Positions 20,701 through 30,560 of a stretch of DNA of 64,000 nt are shown in pieces (the first letter of the stretch is position 1; the number at the start of each line of letters is the position of its first letter). The notes below the pieces were generated by a model. The model had not been told where the DNA came from and did not search any database. It saw only the letters and a list, made by a program, of their open reading frames with translations. The position numbers were made by a program, and so were the translations under genes. Origin of the DNA: a virus (lineage: Duplodnaviria > Caudoviricetes); the IMG/VR virus record IMGVR_UViG_3300028048_001169, positions 161,071-225,070 of that record. The stretch is one strand, 5' to 3'.

Positions 20701-21846
20701 ATGGAAAATCAGAACGCAGAAACAATCGTAAATGGCTTGGAGAATGGAGAACTTCAGTTTGATCCAGAGATAGTAGATGGTAAGATCGTTAGTATGGGTA
20801 TGATAACAAGTATGGATATTGCCAGAGGAGCAGAAGTTCAATGCGAAGAATCAGATGATGAAATCGAAGAATCTGAAGAAGACTTTGATGAGGAAGATGA
20901 AGTTGTAGAGCTTGTAAAAGCAGAGCCTCTTACAACAGAAGAGAAGCTGGCGAATCTTGGCGAAGCTGCTATGGATGATGATGTAGAAATTACAGCAGAT
21001 GATATCAAGAATGAATATAAGAATTCTTCTTATATGAGTGGAGTAGATCTTAATGATGATGAGATTCTTAAGATCTTGAATATAGTTAATCGTATTAAGA
21101 ATAAAGAGAATGTTAATGTCTATGCTGAGTTACCAGATAGTGTTCGTTCTGCTATTAATAAATACTTAGCAGATAATGGTATCGTCGGATTCACTCCAGC
21201 AGGAAATGCTGCTCGTAAAGAAATTGCTCATGCAATGATTAATGAGTTTATCGCAGATATCTCTGTAGAGAAGACAATTGATGGCTTTAATGATCAGATG
21301 GAGAATATGTTTGAGAAGGCTGGTAAGGAATTATCTGCTATGTATGCTGATTATGAGAAGGAGCGTACTTCTTACTTAGAATCTCTATTAGAAAAAGTTC
21401 CAGAGGACGATCCTAAGAGAGAAACTCTCATTAAGACATTAGACTCCATCTATGATGCATTTAAGTTAGAGCGATTAAAAGAAGTTGCTGCTAAGTTCCG
21501 TAAGGTAAAACCGATCGAATTAGAAAAGCCTCAGCAGAGAGTATTCTCTTATTTTGAGAATAAGTACAAGGATGTAGATTATCATATGTATTCTCTTTCT
21601 ATGTGCTTAGGTATTCTTGATAAGCATAATACTGGAGTATCTCATAATGATAACTTGAAATTCTTAATTGCATTTGCTAAGTTCTGTAAGAACTATGATC
21701 CTTCTGTATCATATGAGCACGCTTTCATGTATTATGTAACTTACAATATCGTACTCTTAGATATCTATAAGGGTGAGGAGTTAGAAGATTACGCTCCAAA
21801 GCTTTTAGAGAATATTAATGCCGTTATTGCTATACTGAATAGCTGA
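20701..21846 (+). CDS. Hypothetical acidic helical protein
   Basis: 381 aa ORF with an AAGGAG RBS, followed by a hairpin at about 21852-21887. Confidence 0.7.
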   Translation: MENQNAETIVNGLENGELQFDPEIVDGKIVSMGMITSMDIARGAEVQCEESDDEIEESEEDFDEEDEVVELVKAEPLTTEEKLANLGEAAMDDDVEITADDIKNEYKNSSYMSGVDLNDDEILKILNIVNRIKNKENVNVYAELPDSVRSAINKYLADNGIVGFTPAGNAARKEIAHAMINEFIADISVEKTIDGFNDQMENMFEKAGKELSAMYADYEKERTSYLESLLEKVPEDDPKRETLIKTLDSIYDAFKLERLKEVAAKFRKVKPIELEKPQQRVFSYFENKYKDVDYHMYSLSMCLGILDKHNTGVSHNDNLKFLIAFAKFCKNYDPSVSYEHAFMYYVTYNIVLLDIYKGEELEDYAPKLLENINAVIAILNS

Positions 21847-21896
21847 TTTCGTTTACTCTTAGGATTAGAAATTTTCCTAAGAGTAAATTTTGTTTT

Positions 21897-21910
21897 AATC
21901 ATATATTATA
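21897..21910 (+). promoter_or_regulatory. Early-type promoter AATCATATATTATA
   Basis: Exact motif copy upstream of RNase H. Confidence 0.72.
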
Positions 21911-21928
21911 TACTAGAAAGGAGGTTTC

Positions 21929-22639
21929 ATGTCATTTATATCATCAGAATTTATCAATGAATACACACTGAATATTTTTACAGATGCAAGCTTTACAAAA
22001 GTCCAAGGTAGAGATTATACTTGTGGTGGTGCTGTTGTTACAATCAATGGTTCTATTGTGGATATAGAATATCGGATTTATAATGATAGCACTAGTAATT
22101 ATGGAGAACTAGAGGCATTATCTCTCGGTGTAGGATTAGCTAGTAAATGGAGAAACAGAGTAAATTGTATTAATATCTTTTCTGATTCTCAGGTATCTGT
22201 ATTTGGTATTCGAGATAGAATTCATAATTGGACACTTGGTAAAGATGGTAAGTTGCATGGGTATGGTGGAACAGTTATTAAGAACCAAGATCTATTTGTA
22301 GAGATGGTTTATATTATTACACGTAACCAATTACCAATTAATTTCTATCATCAAAAAGGTCATGTCTCAGTAAACAATTACGATAGCCTTAACAATGCTA
22401 TACACGTATTCTGTTCGTCTAATGGTATTAGAGAACAGGTTGATATTAATCTAATCAAGTTTATTACAGACATGAATAATTACGTTGATAAATATACACG
22501 TAAAAAGCTACATACAGAAGAGTTAAATGTATCAATCAAACCGGCATTTCATTTCACTCCAATGGATGGATTTGATATGACGAGAGAATATTTCAGTAAC
22601 CTAACAAATCAAGGAGGACTTAACAATGAAGAAAAATGA
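21929..22639 (+). CDS. Ribonuclease HI-like protein
   Basis: Catalytic pattern FTDAS, SNYGELEAL, FSDSQ, QKGH and NNYVD. Confidence 0.88.
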   Translation: MSFISSEFINEYTLNIFTDASFTKVQGRDYTCGGAVVTINGSIVDIEYRIYNDSTSNYGELEALSLGVGLASKWRNRVNCINIFSDSQVSVFGIRDRIHNWTLGKDGKLHGYGGTVIKNQDLFVEMVYIITRNQLPINFYHQKGHVSVNNYDSLNNAIHVFCSSNGIREQVDINLIKFITDMNNYVDKYTRKKLHTEELNVSIKPAFHFTPMDGFDMTREYFSNLTNQGGLNNEEK

Positions 22640-23552
22640 AGTAAAGAAGCAGCCACATGATCCGTTTATTCGACTTGATGCTATTGGAGTAGAATTTCAA
22701 GAGCCTAAGGATCTAGTTGGAGAGAATGGATCCATGATATACTTTCAGTCATCAGATCCAAAACGTAATTCTCAAGTTGTAACGACAGAAGATGCACTTA
22801 CGAGACCATTGAATGAGAATATGGAGCTCATGAAAATGATCATTACGCATAATATGGATCAGAATTTAGCTCAGTATTATACAAAACAGTATAATGCTAA
22901 TTTAGCTTCATTACTGGCTTATCGTATCAAGAATTCTGTTATTAGTAATGCAAATATTATTTATGAGCAAGGTTTAGGATCTTTTATTACACCATACCTC
23001 ATTAATATTTCTTCTGATAAATTTGGACCATGGAATCATGTATGTACCAAGAAACCAGATTTCAATAATATTAGAGTAAACGCTCAAGATTTCTCTACAG
23101 ATTTCATATATCAGGAGCGATATACAAAGGATCCTAATTATATCTATACAGATGCTGAAGCATATATGGGAGCACAGTCATTAGTTACCAATATTTCAAA
23201 ACAGGTTGCAGATGACTATATGTACTTTATTAATGATATTTTCTATATAAATGCAATGGATATACATGCATTTGTTAAATCTGTATCTGATATGAATATT
23301 CCTCAGGAGAATGAATTAGCTTATGCGATGTCAGTTATTAATGAGATTGTATCTCGAGATGTAGACCGCATTACTGACATGATCCTCAGTATTTGTATGA
23401 ATGTATTCTATGAGTTTACGAATAAGCAGGTTAATATTAAGTCTGCTTTAGGGCAGGCTATTATGAATCCAAAAGATCAGATAATTGATCAAGAGGAACA
23501 GTCTATTCATAGAACGCTTCCTAAGATTGATAGAGAGCAAAATGATTTTTAA
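22626..23552 (+). CDS. Hypothetical protein
   Basis: 308 aa ORF with an AGGAGG RBS. Confidence 0.7.
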   Translation: MKKNEVKKQPHDPFIRLDAIGVEFQEPKDLVGENGSMIYFQSSDPKRNSQVVTTEDALTRPLNENMELMKMIITHNMDQNLAQYYTKQYNANLASLLAYRIKNSVISNANIIYEQGLGSFITPYLINISSDKFGPWNHVCTKKPDFNNIRVNAQDFSTDFIYQERYTKDPNYIYTDAEAYMGAQSLVTNISKQVADDYMYFINDIFYINAMDIHAFVKSVSDMNIPQENELAYAMSVINEIVSRDVDRITDMILSICMNVFYEFTNKQVNIKSALGQAIMNPKDQIIDQEEQSIHRTLPKIDREQNDF

Positions 23553-23564
23553 TCATATATTATA
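23551..23564 (+). promoter_or_regulatory. Early-type promoter AATCATATATTATA
   Basis: Exact motif copy upstream of the Q/Y/G-rich gene. Confidence 0.72.
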
Positions 23565-23622
23565 AATATGGATAGGTAATAGCACTATAAGCTAAATAGT
23601 CCAGAAAAGGAGGCAAGAAAAT

Positions 23623-25140
23623 TTGCAACAGTATAATTATTATACTGGTCAAGCGACATCAGTTTCAAACATGACAGATCCGAATGATCAGTCAGGTCAG
23701 TTTGCTCTGGATATGAGTCAGTATTATCCTCAGCAACCAGTACAACAACAAGCAACTTATCAACAACAGCAATTTCCCATGAATCAGCCGATGCAGTATC
23801 AGCAACCAAATTATCCACAACAACAGCCAATGTGGAACAATGGTTACGGATATCAGCAGCAGTCACCAATGATGAACAATGGATATGGATATCAACAACA
23901 GCCAATGATGAATTCATACCAGCAACCTCAAATGCAGCCTTGGGGTTATCAAGCACCACAGCCAGGTGCACCTATGAATACACCTACAATGCAAGTTGGT
24001 AATCCAGTATTCAGAGTTGGAACAAAACCTATGGGTCCTATGACACAGCCAGTAGGAACTTATAACCCATATACACAACAGGCTATGTTTGCAGTAAACA
24101 CTCAGCCACAGGACAAAGTTGTGCATGTTCCAGGTTATGCCCCATTTGGTTCTGCTGGAGTTCTCAGTGACAATCTGATGGAACAGTGTGAACAAATGCA
24201 GGTCGACATGATGGTTGACATGGAGAAAGCAATCGCAGCTAGAGAAGCCAGATCCCAAGGTACATTCTATAACAATGGATGGGGTGGATATTTTGGCTAT
24301 CAGAGTAATCCATATTTTGATCAAGGTGTCTATAATCAGTATATGGATAAAGTAAAAGAGATGGCAAATTCTATGATGGTTCGTAGAAAAGAATTATCTA
24401 AAGGTATTTCTCAGATGGTTCACAGCTATCTCAATGATGGTGTAACAGAAGAACAAATCAATGATTTGTACGATGGATATACATATATCATTCCAGGATC
24501 TACAATCCAGGAACAGTATAATCAAAATCGATTTGCTCGTATGAAACCATTCAACAATGCATATCTCTATCAGAAACATAGTGAAGAAGTATCAAAAGCT
24601 TATCATATGCTGGCACCAGCTGGAAGAAATATGAATGAGTTCTTTGAAGATTGTGGAATGCTGATCTTAGCAGATAAGTTAGAGCAGCAATGCCATGTAA
24701 ATCGTGATACTTCAAGAGTTTATAATGGAGATGCATATCATCGTTATTTAAGAAAATACGCTGCTGCTAATCATTTGGGTGAGAAGCAGAAACTACAGGA
24801 GGAGCTTGAGAGAAGACAGAAGAATTTAGTAGACCAGATAAAACAAGGAGATTTCAGTAATTTACCTACAACACATTATGAAGCAGCAAAGATGCTCTTA
24901 GGAGATAAGGCTGCCGAAAGTTACATGCGAGTTGGCAAAATGTTAGGCTTTGATGTTGGCGAAGCACCACTTGAAGTCTTAGGACCACCAGATCAATATG
25001 GTACACCTGTCACAGATACAGGACCTATCCTCACAGATGAAGAAGAAGCCAAGTTTAATATGCGGCGAGATAATTTTGTAAATAGTATATGGCAACGAGA
25101 ATCGTATGCTGAAAGAAATTACAAAGGAGGTATTACATGA
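23623..25140 (+). CDS. Protein with N-terminal Q/P/Y/G/N-rich low-complexity (prion-like) domain
   Basis: TTG start after AGGAGG; about 150 aa of QQP and MMNNGYGYQQQ-type repeats. Confidence 0.75.
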   Translation: MQQYNYYTGQATSVSNMTDPNDQSGQFALDMSQYYPQQPVQQQATYQQQQFPMNQPMQYQQPNYPQQQPMWNNGYGYQQQSPMMNNGYGYQQQPMMNSYQQPQMQPWGYQAPQPGAPMNTPTMQVGNPVFRVGTKPMGPMTQPVGTYNPYTQQAMFAVNTQPQDKVVHVPGYAPFGSAGVLSDNLMEQCEQMQVDMMVDMEKAIAAREARSQGTFYNNGWGGYFGYQSNPYFDQGVYNQYMDKVKEMANSMMVRRKELSKGISQMVHSYLNDGVTEEQINDLYDGYTYIIPGSTIQEQYNQNRFARMKPFNNAYLYQKHSEEVSKAYHMLAPAGRNMNEFFEDCGMLILADKLEQQCHVNRDTSRVYNGDAYHRYLRKYAAANHLGEKQKLQEELERRQKNLVDQIKQGDFSNLPTTHYEAAKMLLGDKAAESYMRVGKMLGFDVGEAPLEVLGPPDQYGTPVTDTGPILTDEEEAKFNMRRDNFVNSIWQRESYAERNYKGGIT

Positions 25141-27092
25141 TACCTGCTGACCAAAGAGTTCTTCAGACATTACAAAGTCGTGTCGTAACGCAAGATGAAT
25201 TTGATTTCGATCATCTGTACGCAAGACCATTATATAGTCTATTAACCCAATACGATATTGATCGGTTAAACAACATTGCAACGAGCAATCGTTATGCAGG
25301 AAATGCTAGGAAGAAATTCAATGCTATTTCTGAGATTATGCACGCTAGAGGATTTCGTAAGTTATCTTCTGGTACTAATCGAATTGCATATAGCTATTTT
25401 GAAGATCCTAGTATCGTAGTTAAGGTGGCTGCTGATAAAACAGCAATACATGACAATCCAAGAGAATTTTGTAACCAGAAATTCCTAAAACCATTTTGTA
25501 CAAAAGTATTTGAAGTATCACCAGATGGTACTGTTGGTCTTTTCGAAAGAGTAAGACCTATTACATCAAGAGAAGAATTCTCTACATGTGCTGAAGATGT
25601 ATTTCTGTTATTGGATCTTATTACAGAAAAATATATTCTAGCAGATATTGGTACAAAGTATTTCATGAATTATGGTATTCGTGAACGTAATAACTTTGGT
25701 CCAGTATTATTAGATTTTCCATATCTATATGAACCAGATGGAAATAAATTAGTATGCCATAAGCAAGACCCAGAAAGTCCTATGGGATTTTGTGGTGGTT
25801 TGATTGATTATGACCCAGGTTATAATAGTCTATATTGTACAAAATGTGGTGCAAGATATAGAGCAGTAGAATTAGGAAAGTATTTGGCCAAGAATCAGAT
25901 TGTTAGGAAAGGAAGCAAGAAAATGAGTTTAAGAGTTGGTTATAGTTGGAACGGTAAGAAGTATACTAATAGTGAGCCTGGTAATGATAACGTAATGCAG
26001 AATGCATCACCTGTTATTGAGACTCAGACTAAGAAATCAGAAGAGACTCATGGAGGTCTTAAGGTTACCTATCGTAAAGGTAATAAGGTAGCTCCAGTTG
26101 TTACTCCTGAGAAGATTGAGGAGAATGAGAAGTTAGCAAATGCTAATGGAAGAAAGCTGAGAGCTAAGGGTAAGTATAACAACAAGAATAAGTCTTATAA
26201 TAATGACAGAAGAAAGAATGACTATAGAGATCGTCGTTCCGACAACCGAAATAATTCTCAGGGTTCGAGAAATTCTCATATCGAACGTAAGGGAAATATC
26301 TATGATAAGAAGACTATCTCTTATGATGATATCAAAGAGAAGAAATTTGAGTTCTCTAGCTTTGATGCAGAGAATGGGTTGATCTTCTTTAAGAGTGGTG
26401 GTATTACAATCAGTATCCCAACTAAGGAAGTTCCGCAGGATGTAATTGATACATTAGTTCCTACAGTAGAAGTAGATGAAAATGTTGTGACTGAATTAGA
26501 GCAGGCAAAAGCTGATATTTCAGTAGCAAAAGATACTATTGATGATCTTAAGAAAACTGTAGCAGAGCTTACAGAATTAAAGAAAGCTCAGCAGGAGACT
26601 ATTGATAACTATGCATCTAGTGCACAGGCTGAAGCTGATAGCTACGAGGAACTTCAGAGAAAATATGACGAGCTGAAAGAAGATCGTGATAGTCTTGGTA
26701 AAGATTATGATAAACTTGCAAACGAAAATGAGACTTATGCAAATGAAGTTGAAAAATTAAAGAAAGAACTTGAGAGTGTGTCGAATGTTGAGGATGAAAA
26801 AGCTTCAGACGACTCATTATTTGAAGAAGAAGATGAATACGATGAGTATATCCCACCGGTAGGATTCACAAAGTTATCTGGTACAATGCATGTATTAGGA
26901 GACCTAGCTCAGTCATTACAGCTTACTGTAGATGATGAGTCTAAGGATGACAAGGTTATTGCATTCCGCATTGATCCAGAAGATCCAGCAAGTGGATATT
27001 ATATTGATGGTGACAATAAGGTAATTGTTGTAGATACCATTAATAATAATAACGTTAATGATATTAAGATCGTTAAGTCATCTAGTAATTAG
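25137..27092 (+). CDS. Protein kinase-like domain + Zn ribbon + coiled coil
   Basis: LSSGTNRIAY (Gly loop), VVKVA, NPREF, ADIG...MNYG and VLLDF; CTKC; heptad-rich C-terminal half. Confidence 0.65.
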   Translation: MIPADQRVLQTLQSRVVTQDEFDFDHLYARPLYSLLTQYDIDRLNNIATSNRYAGNARKKFNAISEIMHARGFRKLSSGTNRIAYSYFEDPSIVVKVAADKTAIHDNPREFCNQKFLKPFCTKVFEVSPDGTVGLFERVRPITSREEFSTCAEDVFLLLDLITEKYILADIGTKYFMNYGIRERNNFGPVLLDFPYLYEPDGNKLVCHKQDPESPMGFCGGLIDYDPGYNSLYCTKCGARYRAVELGKYLAKNQIVRKGSKKMSLRVGYSWNGKKYTNSEPGNDNVMQNASPVIETQTKKSEETHGGLKVTYRKGNKVAPVVTPEKIEENEKLANANGRKLRAKGKYNNKNKSYNNDRRKNDYRDRRSDNRNNSQGSRNSHIERKGNIYDKKTISYDDIKEKKFEFSSFDAENGLIFFKSGGITISIPTKEVPQDVIDTLVPTVEVDENVVTELEQAKADISVAKDTIDDLKKTVAELTELKKAQQETIDNYASSAQAEADSYEELQRKYDELKEDRDSLGKDYDKLANENETYANEVEKLKKELESVSNVEDEKASDDSLFEEEDEYDEYIPPVGFTKLSGTMHVLGDLAQSLQLTVDDESKDDKVIAFRIDPEDPASGYYIDGDNKVIVVDTINNNNVNDIKIVKSSSN

Positions 27093-27104
27093 GAGGGATA
27101 ATTT

Positions 27105-27806
27105 ATGCAGCCAATCCTGACAGGTAACATCATCTTTACAGATGATAAACTATTTGTTATGGATATGATTCATCAGATGGCTCCAGTTGTAATCCTAAAT
27201 CTCGATGAATTTGATCGAGAGATTCAAGGTCAGAACGTAGCTCAGGGGCAGGTATTGCTACCTCCTCCTGAGGCTTGTATGGCTGAAGCGGACGGTGATG
27301 CCCAATTATATGACATGATACTTGATAATTATTATGGTACCGAAGATATTATCATGTTTGTCAAAGGTATTATCACAAACCTACATCATGGAAGAACAAT
27401 CTATCTATACTATCCAGATCTAAATCCTAATGAATCTGCTACGATTCCGAAGTTAGAAGAATTATGGATGAGAAAGTTTGGTATTCGTATTGGTATGCAA
27501 CCTAAAATACCAAATGGTATAGATATACACTTTGGAACTCCAAATGTTTTTCCAATGGATTGCGCTTGTGATAATAACTATCGTCATATATGGCTGAACC
27601 TGATGCTAGGAGTATCAATGGATGCATATGAATTTCTGACATTATATCCTGCAGAAATGCAAATTGGTAATCTTCAAATGAGAATTCTATTTGATGAATT
27701 ATGGCCACCATTTGATGATTATAACAAGAATGTAGAATTCATTTATGATTTAAGCAAGAAGCTTAAGAAGAAACCTGAAACAAAGATCGCTTTGCATAAG
27801 CTATAG
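27105..27806 (+). CDS. Hypothetical protein
   Basis: 233 aa ORF with a GGAGG RBS. Confidence 0.7.
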   Translation: MQPILTGNIIFTDDKLFVMDMIHQMAPVVILNLDEFDREIQGQNVAQGQVLLPPPEACMAEADGDAQLYDMILDNYYGTEDIIMFVKGIITNLHHGRTIYLYYPDLNPNESATIPKLEELWMRKFGIRIGMQPKIPNGIDIHFGTPNVFPMDCACDNNYRHIWLNLMLGVSMDAYEFLTLYPAEMQIGNLQMRILFDELWPPFDDYNKNVEFIYDLSKKLKKKPETKIALHKL

Positions 27807-27816
27807 GAGAAAGCAT

Positions 27817-28311
27817 ATGTTATTATATGGAACAGCTATAGCTGCAAATCTTGTAGTTGATAGTAACAAGGTGATGGTTTATAATCTAACCTCTATGTCA
27901 GAAGCGTATTCTAGATCGAATCTGAATATTATTCCACCGAATAATTTAGGATCTCAGTCAGAGTATGAATTTGATGTAAAGTATATGAATTGGATCTTTC
28001 AAAATGATTCGATATTTGTAGAGTTTATGAAGATTATTGATAGCTTGTATAAAGGAGTAGACGTATTCCTGGTTATGAGTAATAATGATTGGTCAGAAAC
28101 TTTAGTTGAATCATTATTGAAATTGATCCAGCAACGCTATGGTGTCAATGCAACCCATATCGAAACAATGGAAGATTTATTCTATGCAGAAGAATCTAAC
28201 TTTGCTGAAGGATATGGAATAGCAAATCTTGATATGGATATGGATCGTTATACATATCTCACAAATCAAGATATTGCTTCAAAAGATATTAATTCAGGGG
28301 TGGTTTCATAA
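27817..28311 (+). CDS. Hypothetical protein
   Basis: 164 aa ORF with an AGGAG RBS. Confidence 0.7.
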   Translation: MLLYGTAIAANLVVDSNKVMVYNLTSMSEAYSRSNLNIIPPNNLGSQSEYEFDVKYMNWIFQNDSIFVEFMKIIDSLYKGVDVFLVMSNNDWSETLVESLLKLIQQRYGVNATHIETMEDLFYAEESNFAEGYGIANLDMDMDRYTYLTNQDIASKDINSGVVS

Positions 28312-28383
28312 ACCACTCCTTTATTTTTAATTCTACAATCAAATTTACATTATAATACTAAAAAGAAATGAGGAATTGGTATT

Positions 28384-29181
28384 ATGAGTATAAAACAATT
28401 AGCTCACAAGCATAATTATTTATCACCAGATGTAAATTGTATCTTTGATTATAAGATTTGGGAATATGATATACGTCAAGCAAATATCAATGCATTGAAA
28501 TCTATGGGTAGGATCGATGATACTACTTATAACTTACTTCAAACATCACCAAAGCAATTACGAGAAGTTCGTATTGGTAAGATGATACAACGAGATCGAT
28601 CATTACAAACATCAATCTATGATGGAATAGAGAAAGCAAAATTAGAATTCTTAACACAGAATAATATTAATGAAAGTCAGGTATTAAGAATAGCGAATGA
28701 TAGTATCTATGTTATAGCACCATTACCTCAGAAAATAACTAAAATTAATATTAATGGTCATGTATTAGAATTTGTATTGAAGAATGTATTTGGTTCTTAT
28801 ATTAAAATTAATAAGAATATCCAAATATTTATATCAACTGATTCTGATAATTGGACTATTGATATAAAAGGTATCAATGATTCTAAATTACCATTGCATG
28901 AATCATTCTTAGGATTCTTATGTCAATTGATTGATTACTATAATAATGCTGGTAGAGAATTAGCAATCCAAATGCTATCAGAATTCTTTCAGAATTATGT
29001 CAATCGTAGATTGCCCATTGTATATTATAGAGAATTAAATTCAGAATCTGGATTTAGAATCAATGGTCCATATGAAACTTTTATTCTCTCAGATCCAAAT
29101 TGTATTCCGATAGATATCGTTGATATTTCTTGGAATTTATATATCTTGAGAAATATTTATTCATACCTGATGACAAAATAG
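28384..29181 (+). CDS. Minimal family-B DNA polymerase-like palm protein
   Basis: WEYDIRQAN (motif A-like), IANDSIYV (motif C-like) and IDIKGI; no exonuclease domain. Confidence 0.55.
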   Translation: MSIKQLAHKHNYLSPDVNCIFDYKIWEYDIRQANINALKSMGRIDDTTYNLLQTSPKQLREVRIGKMIQRDRSLQTSIYDGIEKAKLEFLTQNNINESQVLRIANDSIYVIAPLPQKITKININGHVLEFVLKNVFGSYIKINKNIQIFISTDSDNWTIDIKGINDSKLPLHESFLGFLCQLIDYYNNAGRELAIQMLSEFFQNYVNRRLPIVYYRELNSESGFRINGPYETFILSDPNCIPIDIVDISWNLYILRNIYSYLMTK

Positions 29182-29220
29182 ATAGGGCTCTAGGAATTTA
29201 ATCCTAGAACCTTTTCTTTT

Positions 29221-29694
29221 TTATATTAAACTATTATATTGTGCTGAGAAATTAATCATAAAGATATTGACATGAAGACGAATTAGATTTGAAAGATCAT
29301 CAGAAGTCTCAATGATATGAACCAACTTGATAGTCTCTAACATTTCGTCTGTCATTTGTTTCATCGTCATTGCATAGAGATAATCACACATTCTCTTCTT
29401 ATCATCTGGAGTTAAAAAGTTATTCTCATTTTTTACTAGCTCTAGCACTGTATAGATATTAGCAGCATCTGCAATACAATCATCGATTAATTTATTAATA
29501 CGATTGATGGTTTCTGGCTCTGCTAAAAATCGCATTGTTTCAATTGATACAGTATTTTCTTTTTTATTTTTTGAATGATTAATTCGTCTAATATATGTTT
29601 CCATTTCTTTAAATCGAAATTCGACATAGGCTACAAATAATAATACAACTGCAATCAAAATAACTAAAGCAATATTATATACATTCATATTCAT
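29221..29694 (-). CDS. Hypothetical membrane-anchored protein
   Basis: N-terminal TM helix and an AAGGAG RBS. Confidence 0.65.
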   Translation of the reverse strand: MNMNVYNIALVILIAVVLLFVAYVEFRFKEMETYIRRINHSKNKKENTVSIETMRFLAEPETINRINKLIDDCIADAANIYTVLELVKNENNFLTPDDKKRMCDYLYAMTMKQMTDEMLETIKLVHIIETSDDLSNLIRLHVNIFMINFSAQYNSLI

Positions 29695-29709
29695 AATATA
29701 TCTTCTCCT

Positions 29710-30471
29710 TTAATATGGTAATTGTGCTGGTGACATTGGCTGGAAATCGTACTCCGATACTGGAGCGCCGTATTCATTATAATAAGCAAAATTTAGAATT
29801 TGCTCTTGTGGTAAAATCTGAATTGTCGTAGGCATTTCATTCTGATACTTCTCAATATAACGATTAATTTTATTCGCTATATCATAAGTAATACCATAAC
29901 GATAATTTGATAATAGCTCCCACCATTTACCAAATGTCATATTTGGTGGTATATATGCATCTGGATTATTTGTAAACATTTCATGTGCTGTAGTGGATAA
30001 GAAACAACATGGTATACGGTTAGCAAAATGCTCATTGATTAATAATTGAATCAAATCAAAGGTACTAATATAGCCAATCGTATTCAATACATGCTCACAA
30101 ATCAAAATACAATCATCTTTTAGATTTAAAATATTATGATGCAATTCAACATCCACTTTTCCATTCTTTTCATAAGATGCTTCAATATTACCCATAATCA
30201 TACAATGATCAAATCCTAATTCCATTAAGTAAGATTTATACAATTTATACTCTTTACTAGCACGAAATCGTCGTTCTACATTTCGTATAAAATTATTATA
30301 AACCTCTGGATCAGATAATGTATCTTTTGTTTGATAGAAAGATATATCGATTGTTGAATTTGGTACTCGTATAGTAGGATTCTTTTCTCCTAGAGTAATA
30401 ATATCACCACTAATATTTGTCTCCATTTCTTCTAATTCCTCTATCGGAATTAGAGCTCGTTTTATTTCCAT
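29710..30471 (-). CDS. Hypothetical protein with HNH-like His/Cys pattern
   Basis: Start reassigned to ATG 30471 after AGGAGG; pattern C...VELHH...LSTTAHEMF. Confidence 0.55.
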   Translation of the reverse strand: MEIKRALIPIEELEEMETNISGDIITLGEKNPTIRVPNSTIDISFYQTKDTLSDPEVYNNFIRNVERRFRASKEYKLYKSYLMELGFDHCMIMGNIEASYEKNGKVDVELHHNILNLKDDCILICEHVLNTIGYISTFDLIQLLINEHFANRIPCCFLSTTAHEMFTNNPDAYIPPNMTFGKWWELLSNYRYGITYDIANKINRYIEKYQNEMPTTIQILPQEQILNFAYYNEYGAPVSEYDFQPMSPAQLPY

Positions 30472-30523
30472 TATAAAACCTCCTTTTATCTTAGAGTTAA
30501 GCGTATAAAAATCAATCTTCTTC

Positions 30524-30535
30524 ACATATTAATAA
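30524..30535 (+). promoter_or_regulatory. Late-type promoter ACA-N6-TAA
   Basis: TTC ACA TATTAA TAA upstream of AAGGAGGT. Confidence 0.62.
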
Positions 30536-30560
30536 ATTTACGAAGGAGGTGAGAACATAG

